Part shown: positions 32,977 to 43,675 of the stretch, one piece after another | Position numbering within the stretch: the stretch's first letter is position 1 | How the letters are laid out: each line of letters opens with the position of its first letter | Source of the DNA: an uncultured Acidobacteriota bacterium | GTDB lineage: Bacteria; Acidobacteriota; UBA6911 | Assembly: GCA_963827655.1 (NCBI GenBank) | Contig: CAWHCF010000023.1 | Coordinates: forward strand, 320,001-384,000 | Reading direction: 5' to 3' | DNA length: 64,000 bases | Program-made: the position numbers and the translations under genes | The notes under the pieces: generated by a model | What the model saw: the letters and a program-made list of their open reading frames with translations, nothing else | Database searches by the model: none | Told to the model about the DNA's origin: nothing

Positions 32977-32980
32977 CGTG

Positions 32981-34111
32981 TCATCCCCAGACCTTCCGCG
33001 CGGTTTCCGTGATTAGCCTCAATTTTAGCTTCTCATCCTCAACCGTTATTCGATTTCCGATAATAGAACTCGCGAAGCCGCACTGCGGACTCAGCGCAAG
33101 ACGCTCCAGCGGCACGAAGCGGCTGGCCTCCTCGATACGAAAGGTTAGCTCCCGAATCGTTTCCAATCGCGGTGACTTGGTTGTGACCAATCCCAGCACA
33201 ACCGTCTTATCGCCGGACACCTCTCTCAGCGGTTCGAATGATCCGGAACGTTGATCGTCGTACTCGAGTAACAGCCGGTGCGCCTTTACCCCACGAAAGA
33301 TGGGTCGGGCGACACTTTCGTAACCGCCTTCGGAGAGCCACCGGCTTCCCTGGTTCCCGCGGCACAGATGGAATCCGAAAGTAACTCCAGGAAAAGCTCC
33401 AATGACGGCGTTGTCCAATTCGATCCCTCGAGCGAGCCAGCGCGAAACATCCCAGCCTTGCCTTTCGTAAAAGGTCCTGGTCCTGGGATCCGCGAGGAGA
33501 GGGTAGTGGGGCGCATCGAGCTGAATGTAGCCGGCCCCCAGGCTGACCAGCTGGGCAACCTCGTCTCTCAGGAAATCCGCGACATCAGCCAGGAAACCAT
33601 CCAGCGTCGGATAGGCGTCTCTTGAAACATCCGGCGACCAGAAGTTCGCCCACAGACTCGGGCTGGGAACGCTAAGCTTGGGCGTCCTGGTCGTGCGGCC
33701 CCTCAAGTAGACAAACTCCTCGATCAGCGGGTAGCGCTTGCGCTTTAATTTCGCTACTACCCCGAGGGACGCCGGTCTTTCCTGCCTCAAGTTTCCGACT
33801 TGTTCCCCGCCGCGCCAATCACCCCAGAGAAATGCGTCCAGGTCGAAGGCGCCCAGACCGTCGACTGCCTCGGCCAGCGGGCTCTGGAAGGACAGCCGGC
33901 GCATCTCACCGTCCGTAACCACTTCCATGCCGGCGTCCTGCTGAAGTGCGACCGCTTCATCGACCGCGCGATCTTCAACCGCCTTGAATTGTTGCGGACT
34001 GATTTGGCCGGCGTACAAGTCCTCTCGAGCTCTCAGGAGCCCCGCAGGTCGCAGCAGACTTCCGACCACATCGGCATGCGCGTCAATCAAGCCTTTGGTC
34101 CCCAACGACAT
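32981..34111 (-). CDS. Cobalamin-independent methionine synthase II family protein (single barrel)
   Basis: ADVVGSLLRP, TDGEMRR, YIQLDAP, HLCRGN, LEYD and LSPQCGFAS. Confidence 0.92.
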   Translation of the reverse strand: MSLGTKGLIDAHADVVGSLLRPAGLLRAREDLYAGQISPQQFKAVEDRAVDEAVALQQDAGMEVVTDGEMRRLSFQSPLAEAVDGLGAFDLDAFLWGDWRGGEQVGNLRQERPASLGVVAKLKRKRYPLIEEFVYLRGRTTRTPKLSVPSPSLWANFWSPDVSRDAYPTLDGFLADVADFLRDEVAQLVSLGAGYIQLDAPHYPLLADPRTRTFYERQGWDVSRWLARGIELDNAVIGAFPGVTFGFHLCRGNQGSRWLSEGGYESVARPIFRGVKAHRLLLEYDDQRSGSFEPLREVSGDKTVVLGLVTTKSPRLETIRELTFRIEEASRFVPLERLALSPQCGFASSIIGNRITVEDEKLKLRLITETARKVWG

Positions 34112-34192
34112 CCAACCACCCAACGCGAAGAAACCTTAAGCATGCTGTTAGATCTCAGGTATGATTCTACCCGCTTTGAAGGGAGCTCACCG

Positions 34193-35634
34193 ATGCGAAT
34201 TCCGACGATTTTGAATTTAGGATTCCGTTGTGCTGGTTTTTCAATCGTCAATCGTCAATCGTCAATCGTCAATCCTAAGTCGTCCTTCTGTTCCTTGCCC
34301 CGGCGCTCATTCTGAGTCCCGCGGCGGCGCAAGACGCCGGCAAGCCGTGGCGGGCGGGCCTGGCCTCAGTCGACATCACTCCGGCGGAGTCTATATGGCT
34401 TGCCGGCTACGGCGCGCGCACCAAACCATCGGAAGGAGTAATCGCGCCCATCTTCGCCAAGGCTCTGGTGCTGGAAGATCCGCGCGGGTCCCGGCTGGTC
34501 ATCATTACCTCCGATATCCTGGGGTTCACTCGAGCCCTTTCCGACCCCATCGCCGATCAGCTCGCGAAAAAATTGAAGCTTCGCCGAGATCAGATCCTCT
34601 TTACTTCCTCCCATACTCATTCCGCGCCTGTGGTGCGCGATTACGCCGTCTTCTCCTATGGGCTGACCCAGGAGCAGGAAGCCGCCGTCGAACGTTACAG
34701 CCGCGGACTCGAAACGAAAGTGGCTCAGGTCGTCGAACAAGCCTTCAAGGACAGGTCTCCGGCCCGGCTCTCGTTCGGTCGCGGAAAGGCCGGGTTCGCC
34801 ATCAATCGCCGCGTTTCGAAACCAGACGGTTTTCAGATCAGCGTCAACCCGGTGGGGCCCGTCGATCACGAGGTCCCGGTGATGCGGATCGCAGGCACGG
34901 ACGGAGAGCTGCGCGGAATTCTATTCGGATACGCATGTCACAACACAACACTCGGAGGCGATATTTATCAGGTAAACGGAGATTATGCGGGCTTTGCGCA
35001 GGCCGCGCTGGAAAAGAAAAATCCCGGAGCGACGGCAATGTTCGTCAGTGGTTTCGCCGGCGACGCCAATCCGAATCCGCGCGGGAAACTCGAACACGCG
35101 CAGCAGTACGGCGAGGACCTGGCGAATTCAGTGAATGGCGTGCTCAGCCAGAAGATGGAACCGGTCAGCGGGAACCTGGCCACAGCTTTCGATTATGTTC
35201 AGCTGCCCTTCTCCACGCCGCCAACGAAGGAGGAACTCGAAGCGCGCCTGAAAGAGAAAGATCTCATTCGACAGCGCAACGCGCGGCGCATGCTCGATAC
35301 TATCGCTCGCGAGGGACGATTGCCCAGCCACTATCCTTATCCGATCCAGGTAGCCCAGTTCGGAACGTCATCGACCCTCATCGCGCTGGGCGGTGAGGTT
35401 GTGGTCGATTACTCCATCCGTTTGCGGAAGGAGCTAGCCGAGCATCCTTTGTTCCTGATCGCCTACGCAAACGACGTGATGGGCTACATTCCGTCGTTGC
35501 GGATTCTGAAGGAAGGCGGTTATGAAGGAGGCGGCTCAATGATGTTTTATTTGCGGCCGGGCCCCTGGGCGGAGGGAGTGGAAGAAATGATCGTGGAAAA
35601 GGTGCGCCAACTCGTGAGTCGCGTCAGGAAATGA
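34193..35634 (+). CDS. Secreted neutral/alkaline ceramidase N-terminal-like hydrolase; apparent frameshift at about 34278
   Basis: WRAGLASVDITP..LAGYGAR, SHTHSAP, YACHNT, GFAGDANP and GYIPS..EGGYEG. Signal peptide lies upstream of ORF 34468. Confidence 0.85.
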
Positions 35635-35640
35635 GCCTCA

Positions 35641-35664
35641 GAAATTAGGGACGTCCCTAATTTC
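35641..35664. repeat. Perfect 24-bp palindrome between convergent genes
   Basis: GAAATTAGGGAC|GTCCCTAATTTC. Confidence 0.85.
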
Positions 35665-35677
35665 ATTTGCCATTAGA

Positions 35678-36421
35678 TCAGACTCCTACGATCAGTCCGT
35701 CTCTCGCCAACTCGATCTCGATCTGATCCCGGCGTTCCAACACCTCGCGCCCCAGATGCGTGAGAATCAATCGTCTACAACCAAAGCGTTCCTTGTGCTC
35801 GGCCAAACGAGGATAGTCGAGGTGGAACGACAGGCGAGTCTCAAAAAAGCAGCACTCGCAGATGAACAGGTCGGTATCCTGAGAGCGCGTCACGAGCTCT
35901 TCCGTCCACCCGGTATCGCCTGAATAGAGAATTCGGCGGCCATCGACATTCACCTTCAATCCCAGCGATACTTCGTTTTCCTGGTGAGGGACGCGAAAGG
36001 GCTCGACTCCGATCGCGTCGATACTCAGAGGAACCCCGGGCGACATTTCGATAAACTCCAATGCAAAAGGGAGCGGCTGGCGCGAGGCATCCTTGTACAT
36101 AGCCCGAAACAGCGACCAAACGCGTTCCTCCGTGCCCGGCGGTCCTGCGATCCGGAGCGGACGCCGGCGCGGCCGGTCATGAGTGTAATGAAGCAGCAAG
36201 AACGGGATTCCGGCGAAGTGATCGCCGTGCAGATGACTGATCAAAATCGTATCAATAGGCGGAATGAGCGACGGAGTGCGCTGCAGAGACGCCAGTGTGG
36301 TGACGCCGCAATCCAGCAAGAAGGAAACGCCCTCGGCCTGCACCAGATACGCCGCCTGATGTCGTCCCTTGGCGCAAAACGCATCTCCCGCCCCGAGAAA
36401 TGAAACCCAGACCGGCGCCAT
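35678..36421 (-). CDS. MBL-fold metallo-hydrolase (RNase Z-like)
   Basis: LLDCG, SHLHGDH, YSGDT and LTH. Confidence 0.9.
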   Translation of the reverse strand: MAPVWVSFLGAGDAFCAKGRHQAAYLVQAEGVSFLLDCGVTTLASLQRTPSLIPPIDTILISHLHGDHFAGIPFLLLHYTHDRPRRRPLRIAGPPGTEERVWSLFRAMYKDASRQPLPFALEFIEMSPGVPLSIDAIGVEPFRVPHQENEVSLGLKVNVDGRRILYSGDTGWTEELVTRSQDTDLFICECCFFETRLSFHLDYPRLAEHKERFGCRRLILTHLGREVLERRDQIEIELARDGLIVGV

Positions 36422-36602
36422 AGGCCAAGTATAACCTGCGCCAGGCAGGAACCTTTGCGTTTCTTCCGTTCTTTATTGTGTTTCGCATCAAGAACTTCAA
36501 AGACGCGAGGATGACACAAGGTAGACTTCATCCGGCGGATCATTTATAAAGTGGCGCTCGTATTCGCTGATCCAGCGGTCATCATTGCTTTCCGGAGATT
36601 GA

Positions 36603-38063
36603 ATGAATCAGGCGGTCCTTGACGACTCTACCCCGAAGCGCGTCCATGAAGCGCCTGCCTTGCCGCCTTTGGTTTCTCTTGCTCTTATTCTGCTCCTTGG
36701 TCTGGGCATTCTGTATGTCGTGCCGCGTCCCTCGGGTATCAGCCCGGAGGGTTGGCGCATGCTGGCTATTTTCCTATGCACGATCTTCGGGCTCACACTG
36801 CGACCATTGCCGGTTGGTGCGGTGGTTCTCATCGGTCTCACGTCTACGATACTCACCGGTGTCTTGACCATTACCCAGGCGCTGTCCGCCTATGGAGGCA
36901 GTTCGGTGTGGCTGGTGGTATCCGCCTTCTTCATAGCTCGAGCGCTGATCAGCAGCGGGCTGGCGCGGCGGATCGCCCTGATTTTCGTGCGGGCGATCGG
37001 GCATACGTCGCTCGGTCTCGGGTACTCTCTGGTTGCCTCGGACCTGGTTCTGGCCGGCATCATTCCATCGAACTCGGCGAGAGTTGGAGGGGTGATCTTC
37101 CCGGTCACGCGCAGTCTGGTGCTGATCTACAAGTCGCGACCCGGTCCCACAGCCGCGCTCTTGGGAACCTACATCATGCTCACGATCTATCACGGAGACC
37201 TGGTGGCATGCGCCATGTTCATCACCGGTCAAGCCAGCAATCCGATCGCGGCAGATCTGGCCATGAAGACGGCACAGGTCACGATTAACTGGGCCAGCTG
37301 GCTTTGGACAGCGCTGCTGCCCGGCCTGGCTGGAATGGTCGCTGTGCCCTGGGTGATCTATCGTTTGTCCCCTCCCGAAATCCGGCACACACCCGAGGCT
37401 GCTGAGCTAGCTAAAAAAGAGCTGCAAGAAATGGGGCCGCTGAGCCGCGACGAAAAAATAGTTCTTTCGGTCTTCCTTCTTGTCTGTGGAATCTGGTCAA
37501 CATCCGCCCTGCACACAATCCAGACCACGACCGGGGCCCTGGTGGGGGTGGTTGTGCTCCTGATGACGAAGGCTTTGTCATGGGAAGATGCGATGAAAGA
37601 GCATGTCGCCTGGGATGTCTTCGTCTGGTACGGAGGCATGATCCGGATGGGAGAAGCTCTAAATGAATTCGGCCTCACTTCACTGTTCGCGCGATGGGTT
37701 TCGGGCCACTTCGGCGGTTGGGAGTGGCCCGCCCTGATGGCGGTAATCGTCTTGATCTACTTCTACGTCCACTACGCCTTCGCCAGCCTCACGAGCCACA
37801 TCATTTCGCTTTATGCGCCTTTTCTGGCGGTTCTCCTGGCGGCCGGCGCTCCCGCGCCCCTTGCTGCCTATGCCATGGCCTTCTATACCAATCTTTCGGC
37901 CTCGCTGACACATTACGGCACCACTCATTCTCCCATCATCTATTCTGCCGGATATATCTCGATCGGCCTGTGGTGGAAAATCGGTCTCCTGATTTCCTTC
38001 GTGCATCTCTCGATCTGGACTGTGGTCGGACTAGTGTGGTGGCGATTGATCGGACTCTGGTAG
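36603..38063 (+). CDS. DASS family di/tricarboxylate transporter (CitT-like)
   Basis: IPSNSARVGG, MFITGQASN, HYAFAS and LTHYGT. Confidence 0.93.
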   Translation: MNQAVLDDSTPKRVHEAPALPPLVSLALILLLGLGILYVVPRPSGISPEGWRMLAIFLCTIFGLTLRPLPVGAVVLIGLTSTILTGVLTITQALSAYGGSSVWLVVSAFFIARALISSGLARRIALIFVRAIGHTSLGLGYSLVASDLVLAGIIPSNSARVGGVIFPVTRSLVLIYKSRPGPTAALLGTYIMLTIYHGDLVACAMFITGQASNPIAADLAMKTAQVTINWASWLWTALLPGLAGMVAVPWVIYRLSPPEIRHTPEAAELAKKELQEMGPLSRDEKIVLSVFLLVCGIWSTSALHTIQTTTGALVGVVVLLMTKALSWEDAMKEHVAWDVFVWYGGMIRMGEALNEFGLTSLFARWVSGHFGGWEWPALMAVIVLIYFYVHYAFASLTSHIISLYAPFLAVLLAAGAPAPLAAYAMAFYTNLSASLTHYGTTHSPIIYSAGYISIGLWWKIGLLISFVHLSIWTVVGLVWWRLIGLW

Positions 38064-38252
38064 TTCGGGGGCCCAGGTGTTAGAGTCTTGGCGACTTTGG
38101 GCGGCCGGGTAATGGGTCATTTTCAAGGCGGCGTCTCTTCATCGCGGTACCTTGCCCCGAGCCTATACACGCAAAGGAGTAGAGCGCCTTCGGCGATTGA
38201 ATGTTCGTCCCGGGTGTCAAAACGACCCACTACAGCTCTTCGCGTACTCAAG

Positions 38253-39116
38253 ATGAAAAAGGGTGAAAAGCTCCGCAAGCGGTTGCTGTACGCTGTCGGA
38301 AAAGCCATCGCAGACTTTCACATGGTCGAGCAGGGTGATCGTGTCATGGTCTGCCTGAGCGGCGGGAAGGACAGCTACACGATGCTGTCACTGTTAAGCG
38401 ACCTCCAGTCGCGCGCGCCGGTCAGTTTCGAGCTTCTGGCCGTGAATCTGGATCAGAAACAGCCTGGTTTTCCGGACCACGTTCTCCCGAACTATCTTGC
38501 GGCTCGGGAGATTCCGTATCGAATCGTCCAGAAGGACACTTACTCCATCGTGAAGGCCAAGGTTCCGGAAGGTGAGACGACCTGCGCGCTGTGCTCGCGC
38601 TTGCGGCGGGGAATCCTTTACAAGACCGCGGTTGAAGAAGGGTGCACCAAGATTGCGCTCGGGCATCACGCCGATGATATTCTGCAAACCTTGTTGCTCA
38701 ACCTGTTCTTCAATGGTTCTCTCAAAACCATGCCGCCGGTTCTGCGCAGTGAAGATGGGCGAAACACAGTGATTCGACCTCTGGCCTACTGCTGGGAATC
38801 GGAAATAGCGGAGTTCGCGGCCACCCAGGAGTTTCCCATCATTCCCTGCGATCTTTGCGGCTCGCAAGAGGATTTGAAGCGCAAGCGCGTGGGACGATTG
38901 CTGGAAGAGTTACAAAAGGAGATCCCCGGACTGAAAAGCTCGATGCTGGCCGCTACCGGCCGGATTGTCCCGTCGCACCTTCTGGACCGAAGGCTGTTCG
39001 ATTTTCAATCGCTGTCGGTTCAGACCGGTGACATCTCCGAAGAACTGGATCTGGCTCTGGACCACCAGCACACCCTCCAGCACCTTGAGGGTGGCACATC
39101 CACCATGAATCCCTGA
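38253..39116 (+). CDS. ttcA: tRNA 2-thiocytidine(32) synthetase
   Basis: PP-loop [26 protein letters not shown] and [10 protein letters not shown]. Confidence 0.96.
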   Translation: MKKGEKLRKRLLYAVGKAIADFHMVEQGDRVMVCLSGGKDSYTMLSLLSDLQSRAPVSFELLAVNLDQKQPGFPDHVLPNYLAAREIPYRIVQKDTYSIVKAKVPEGETTCALCSRLRRGILYKTAVEEGCTKIALGHHADDILQTLLLNLFFNGSLKTMPPVLRSEDGRNTVIRPLAYCWESEIAEFAATQEFPIIPCDLCGSQEDLKRKRVGRLLEELQKEIPGLKSSMLAATGRIVPSHLLDRRLFDFQSLSVQTGDISEELDLALDHQHTLQHLEGGTSTMNP

Positions 39117-39146
39117 GAACGCGGTAAGACGTTCCTCGAACCTGGC

Positions 39147-39542
39147 ATGCGAAGAAAGAACATCGACAGTGGAACGCCGTGGGAACCAATCGTTGGATAC
39201 TCGCGCGCCGTTCGAATTGGATCTGAAGTTCATGTCTCCGGAACCACCGCTACGGACGAAAACGGAAGAATCGTCGGCATCGGAGATCCTGCCGCCCAGA
39301 CGCTTCAGGCTTTGAGGAATATTGAAACTGCTTTGAAAAAGGCCGGCGCAACCCGCAACGACGTAGTGCGCACCCGCATGTATGTGACCAACATCGACGA
39401 CTGGGAACAAATCGGCAGGGCGCATGGTGAGTTCTTTCGCGAAATCCGACCCGCGACCAGCATGGTCGAAGTGAGCCGGCTGATCAGTTCTGAAATGCTG
39501 GTGGAAATCGAAGCCGACGCGGTGATATCCAGTGACGAGTGA
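39147..39542 (+). CDS. RidA/YjgF family protein
   Basis: [20 protein letters not shown] and LVEIEADA. Confidence 0.93.
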   Translation: MRRKNIDSGTPWEPIVGYSRAVRIGSEVHVSGTTATDENGRIVGIGDPAAQTLQALRNIETALKKAGATRNDVVRTRMYVTNIDDWEQIGRAHGEFFREIRPATSMVEVSRLISSEMLVEIEADAVISSDE

Positions 39543-39605
39543 CACGCCGAAGCACCAACCTCCAAGACACGAAGACTCGAAGAAACGCCAGGAAGGTTGC
39601 TCTGG

Positions 39606-40676
39606 TCACTGCTTCACATTCCAGGCGCGGCTGAGGAAATAACGTTCGGTCCAGGTTATGTTCTTCCAGGCCAGATGACGACCTATCGCCCTCAAGTACG
39701 GTTTCGAAGCCTGCGCCAGGTAACGGTAGTAACCTGCTCGAGACAAGTCCGTGAGCGCTCGCGAGTAGTACTGAAATATAGTTCGGTCCAGAAGGGCTTT
39801 CCCCACGCGAAGTCCGGTGACTGCGGTTCGGCCGGAGCGTTCCAATTGGTTGACGGCGTTCAAGGCCATCGCGGCACCGATTTCGAATAGAGATCTGTTT
39901 TCCTTCTGAGCAACGTCTTCCATTTTCCGGAGAAGCGAGTCCATCTCCTCTGCGCCGATCGCGCGCCGGAGCTTGAGTCCCCGGGCCTCCTGGCGCAGAA
40001 ATTTGAGTGTCTCTCTCAGTTCCTCAACCGACAGCGGTGGAGTATCGATCTGGTCGGCTACCTGCCCGGCAAACGATTGCAATCCATCCAGAAGCTGGTC
40101 GACGGTCTCTACCTGGGTATCAGGATCCAGCATACCCTTTCGCTTCATCTCTTCTGTGAGCTCTTTCAGGAACACCTTCGTACCGCCTGAAATGTCCGCT
40201 ATGAGCGCCAGAATCCAGACCGGAGAAGCGTGCAGCGTTAGTATGCCGGTCAGTTCCACGAAGTTCCCGACGAATTTTCGCGCAACGTAGCCTGAAGCCG
40301 GCGTCCCATCGGTTGGATACACATTCTGGACTCCCCCCACTTCCTGAATCAGGTAACGGAGATTCTTCTTCAGGAGAACCTGGTAGAGCTTGGTCTGCCG
40401 GACAGCCTCGGGCAGAAGCAGATCCGAAATCCCCTTCAGCAGACCCGCCGTCGAGCCCACGAGAATGCGCGAAAATCTTTCGGGAAGACTCAAAGCATAG
40501 GCGGTCAATCTCTTTCCTCGAGCCGATACCCCGGCCAGCCGAAGGTCACAGCGGGCGCAATACGCCGTGTCGTCCGTGATGGACAGGAGCTCGCCGCAGG
40601 AAGGACATTTCGTCTTCGATCGAGGCCTACTCCTTATCATTCGCAAAATGTCGGCGCGCTCCCTGCAAACCGTCAA
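39606..40676 (-). CDS. Hypothetical protein with N-terminal zinc ribbon and helical body
   Basis: CPSCG..YCARC. Long ORF co-oriented with upstream genes. Confidence 0.65.
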   Translation of the reverse strand: MTVCRERADILRMIRSRPRSKTKCPSCGELLSITDDTAYCARCDLRLAGVSARGKRLTAYALSLPERFSRILVGSTAGLLKGISDLLLPEAVRQTKLYQVLLKKNLRYLIQEVGGVQNVYPTDGTPASGYVARKFVGNFVELTGILTLHASPVWILALIADISGGTKVFLKELTEEMKRKGMLDPDTQVETVDQLLDGLQSFAGQVADQIDTPPLSVEELRETLKFLRQEARGLKLRRAIGAEEMDSLLRKMEDVAQKENRSLFEIGAAMALNAVNQLERSGRTAVTGLRVGKALLDRTIFQYYSRALTDLSRAGYYRYLAQASKPYLRAIGRHLAWKNITWTERYFLSRAWNVKQ

Positions 40677-40684
40677 GACACCAG

Positions 40685-41545
40685 CTAGGGGTTTTGTCGA
40701 AGGTAGCGTCGGAACTCGGGTGGCGGTCCGGTAGAGTGTACCAGAGGGGTGCCGCGGGTGGGGTGGCGGAAGCCCAGGAGGAAAGCATGCAGACCCATCC
40801 TTCCAAGCGGGTTGATCGTACTGCCATAGGCCAGATCACCCGCAACAGGATGACCCATCTCGGAAAGGTGCGCTCGAATCTGATTCTTTCTGCCCGTCTC
40901 GAGCGTGACTTCCATTGACGTAAGGGTTGGGAACCGGCGCAGGACCCGGTAGTGCGTGACGGCTTGTTTGCCCTGACTGCCGCGCGTCGATCTCATACGC
41001 CCCGCTTGGTCCTGGGCGAGACGGCTGGAGATTGTCCCGCGCTCGTCCTTCACCTGCCCCTCAACGATGGCCCAGTACTTGCGCTCGATATCGTGCTGCT
41101 TGAACAGGTCCTGAAGCTTCGTCTTTACCGCCGCACTCTTCGCAAAAACGAGCAACCCGCTCACAAATTTGTCCAGGCGATGGACGATGAAGAGCTGTGC
41201 TCGCGGGTTGCGTGCCCGAAGGTGCTCGCGCAGGTAGGCGTAGGCGGTCCGCTCTCGTTCGTGGGGCGTGGCAACTGTTAACAAGCCGGCGGGCTTGTGG
41301 ATTACCAGTACGTCCTGGTCTTCGTAGAGGATCAGCACGCCGCGTGCGCGCGCAGCGGCTGAGGCTCGCTCTATCTCAAGGACGTCGCCGGCGCCGGTCT
41401 GCCGGCTCGGGATCTTACTGATTTTCCCGTTCAGGCGCACGCATCCGTGCCCGATCATCTGGCGCAACGTTCGGTTGGACGCGCCTGGTATCAGCGTGCG
41501 AAGCGCTGTCAGAAGCGAACCTGGAGCCGAAAGGACAATTCTCAC
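40685..41545 (-). CDS. RluA-family pseudouridine synthase
   Basis: HKPAGL, VHRLD, TGRKNQIR and LHAF. Confidence 0.93.
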   Translation of the reverse strand: MRIVLSAPGSLLTALRTLIPGASNRTLRQMIGHGCVRLNGKISKIPSRQTGAGDVLEIERASAAARARGVLILYEDQDVLVIHKPAGLLTVATPHERERTAYAYLREHLRARNPRAQLFIVHRLDKFVSGLLVFAKSAAVKTKLQDLFKQHDIERKYWAIVEGQVKDERGTISSRLAQDQAGRMRSTRGSQGKQAVTHYRVLRRFPTLTSMEVTLETGRKNQIRAHLSEMGHPVAGDLAYGSTINPLGRMGLHAFLLGFRHPTRGTPLVHSTGPPPEFRRYLRQNP

Positions 41546-41959
41546 CTAGCTCTGATTGCAGATGAGCAACCTGGTAGAATCGGCGAACCGCACGGTAATC
41601 TTGTTCGGGGGCACGAAGGACTGCACACAACCGAGGCCGAAGGTGGAGTGCTCGATCCAGTCTCCTTCTCCGAAGCTGCCGGACATACTATAGGTCTTGT
41701 GGGGTTTTCCGGAGGCCTCCTGCATGACATCGTTCCAAGACTGGCGTACTCTCTTGGGCGCGGCTTTGGGTTTCTCCGCTTTTTTCGCTGCGGCCTTGGC
41801 GGTCGGTTTGGCAGAGCGATAGTTGTGATCCCCGCCGCAAGTGTTACATTTCACGCGGCTGGGTTTCGCTCCTTTCAGGGCCACAATCGTGTGGTCCAGC
41901 ACTAGCTTGCATTTCGTACAGTAGGCTTCGACAACCGAGCCGGCCGCGATCTTGGTCAT
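41546..41959 (-). CDS. Conserved hypothetical zinc-ribbon protein
   Basis: CTKCK, CNTCGGDH, Ala/Lys linker and HSTFGLG C-terminal domain. Confidence 0.8.
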   Translation of the reverse strand: MTKIAAGSVVEAYCTKCKLVLDHTIVALKGAKPSRVKCNTCGGDHNYRSAKPTAKAAAKKAEKPKAAPKRVRQSWNDVMQEASGKPHKTYSMSGSFGEGDWIEHSTFGLGCVQSFVPPNKITVRFADSTRLLICNQS

Positions 41960-42214
41960 GGCTTTTCCTCGTGATTAGGCATATTAAACGTGGGAATCTT
42001 ACCACATTCGATGAGCAGGGGACAGTCCTCCTGACTGTCTCGACTTCTCGAATGGGCATTCCCGGTTCAACCCTGAGTCACACGGTTTCACAAATACGGG
42101 GTAACGTTCAAAGCAAGCTGCCGCCTTACAAGAGAGGCGCGCCGACGCGAAGGAGTTTGCTCTTCGATGGTGAGTTGACGCCCAATTTTGAAGAGACGCT
42201 GAGGACCGAGTTCG

Positions 42215-42757
42215 TCATTTGAACTTGAATTGATACCAGAACAATCCCAGAAGAGTCTTGCCATCCATGATCTCGCCGCGAACGACTTTGGCAAGACACT
42301 GTTCGAGGGTGTAGCGCTCCACGCTGATATGTTCTCCGTCTTCCAGGCGCTGTTGTACCGGCTCGAGCGCCCGAGCCACGAAAAGATGCAGGAGCTCGTT
42401 GCTGATGCCCGGCGAGGTGTAAAACGAGCATTCGTGGGTCAGTTCCTGGGCGCGATAGCCGGCCTCCTCTTCCAGCTCGCGCGCAATCGTCTCTTCCGGC
42501 GACAGGTGGCTGTCCAGCTTGCCGGCGGGAAATTCCAGTATGTATTTTTGAAGCGGATAACGAAACTGTCGGATGAGGACCAGGCGGCCGTCGTCCAGAA
42601 TGGGGACGGCCAGGACACCCCCGGGATGCAGAACAACCTCCCGGATCGAAGTGCTTCCAGAAGCCTGCCGAATGGTGTCTACATGCAGCTTCACGATTTT
42701 GCCGCTATATAGCTCCTCGTGTTTTACGATTTCAGCTTCTGGATTGGACTCGGTCAT
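42215..42757 (-). CDS. NUDIX hydrolase (ADP-ribose pyrophosphatase-like)
   Basis: REVVLHPG, QFRYP, EFPAGKLD..RELEEEAG and YTSPG. Confidence 0.92.
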   Translation of the reverse strand: MTESNPEAEIVKHEELYSGKIVKLHVDTIRQASGSTSIREVVLHPGGVLAVPILDDGRLVLIRQFRYPLQKYILEFPAGKLDSHLSPEETIARELEEEAGYRAQELTHECSFYTSPGISNELLHLFVARALEPVQQRLEDGEHISVERYTLEQCLAKVVRGEIMDGKTLLGLFWYQFKFK

Positions 42758-42803
42758 TGCACCACCGACGCGAAGACCCCGGAGCAAAAAACCGGGAGAT
42801 TAT

Positions 42804-43244
42804 TTATAAGAAATGCATGGTGTGCTCAAACATCATGCAGCGATTCATTACAACCTGGAGACCGGCCTGGCGGGACCGCTCGGCAGAGGCCTCGTCACTC
42901 AGGCCATTCTGCATCCAGATCGCTTTGGCCCCGGCCTCGATGGCCAGCTCCACAATCTCCGGTATGTGTTGAATACGTCTAAAGATATCGACTACCTCGA
43001 TAGGCCTCGGAACAGAGGACAGATCGGGATAGGCTTTCAATCCGAGGGTGTCGCTTATTTCCGGGTTTACCGGAAAGATCTCATAACCCTGCTCGAGAAG
43101 GTAGCTCCCGACCCGATGGCTGTCGCGCCATGGTTTCGAAGAGAGGCCGACGATTGCAATTCGAGAGTAGCTCGTAAGAATCGAGCATATGGTGTCGTCA
43201 ATCGGGTTACGATGTTTCATCTTGCAATGCTGCATCGGCTCCAC
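42804..43244 (-). CDS. CoA-binding protein (YccU-like)
   Basis: IAIVGLS, PVNP, VVDIFRR, IWMQ and VVMNRC. Confidence 0.9.
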   Translation of the reverse strand: MEPMQHCKMKHRNPIDDTICSILTSYSRIAIVGLSSKPWRDSHRVGSYLLEQGYEIFPVNPEISDTLGLKAYPDLSSVPRPIEVVDIFRRIQHIPEIVELAIEAGAKAIWMQNGLSDEASAERSRQAGLQVVMNRCMMFEHTMHFL

Positions 43245-43643
43245 CTTGCTTGGAGCAATCTATAAGGAATGCCGTGGGTCCCGCAAGCGGCATTATCGAG
43301 GGCTGCGATTCAGACCGTGCCGAGAACCAGGACTGGAGAAAGAGCCAACGGACCGACAGTACGTACCCGGGGCCGTGAGAATGTGCGAAAAAATCAGGTC
43401 AGGGTCATAGCTGAAATCCTTCACAGCTTCTGAGGCAGGGGAAATCGGGTCTCGCGACCATGAGCGATGAAGGGGCGGCACAGTCGAGAGCCGAGGCCTC
43501 AGGCCCTGGTTAACGGGACGCCAGAAGAACTTCGAGGCGCATGCCGCTACCGTACGAATCGCCTTGAGGCCAGCGGGGTCGAGAATTATTGCGGGCGCCC
43601 AAAAATCACCGGCAAGCCTCGGCGACAGGGTGTAAAATAATTG

Positions 43644-43668
43644 GGAACCTGTGACCTCGGCTGGCGTT
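43644..43668 (+). promoter_or_regulatory. Putative autoregulatory ECF promoter
   Basis: GGAAC-N16-CGTT located 7 nt before ATG 43676. Confidence 0.65.
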
Positions 43669-43675
43669 TAAACAT

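Noticed and set aside
34241-34278. Phase-variable switch by repeat-unit slippage
   Set aside because: Adding one unit puts ATG 34193 in the downstream frame but runs into TAA at 34276. A single-base indel explains the break better.
34230-35396. Long alternative-frame and antisense ORFs (also 10937..11665, 11436..12293, 50022..50861, 51886..52692)
   Set aside because: They overlap well-supported genes and are typical shadow ORFs of GC-rich DNA.
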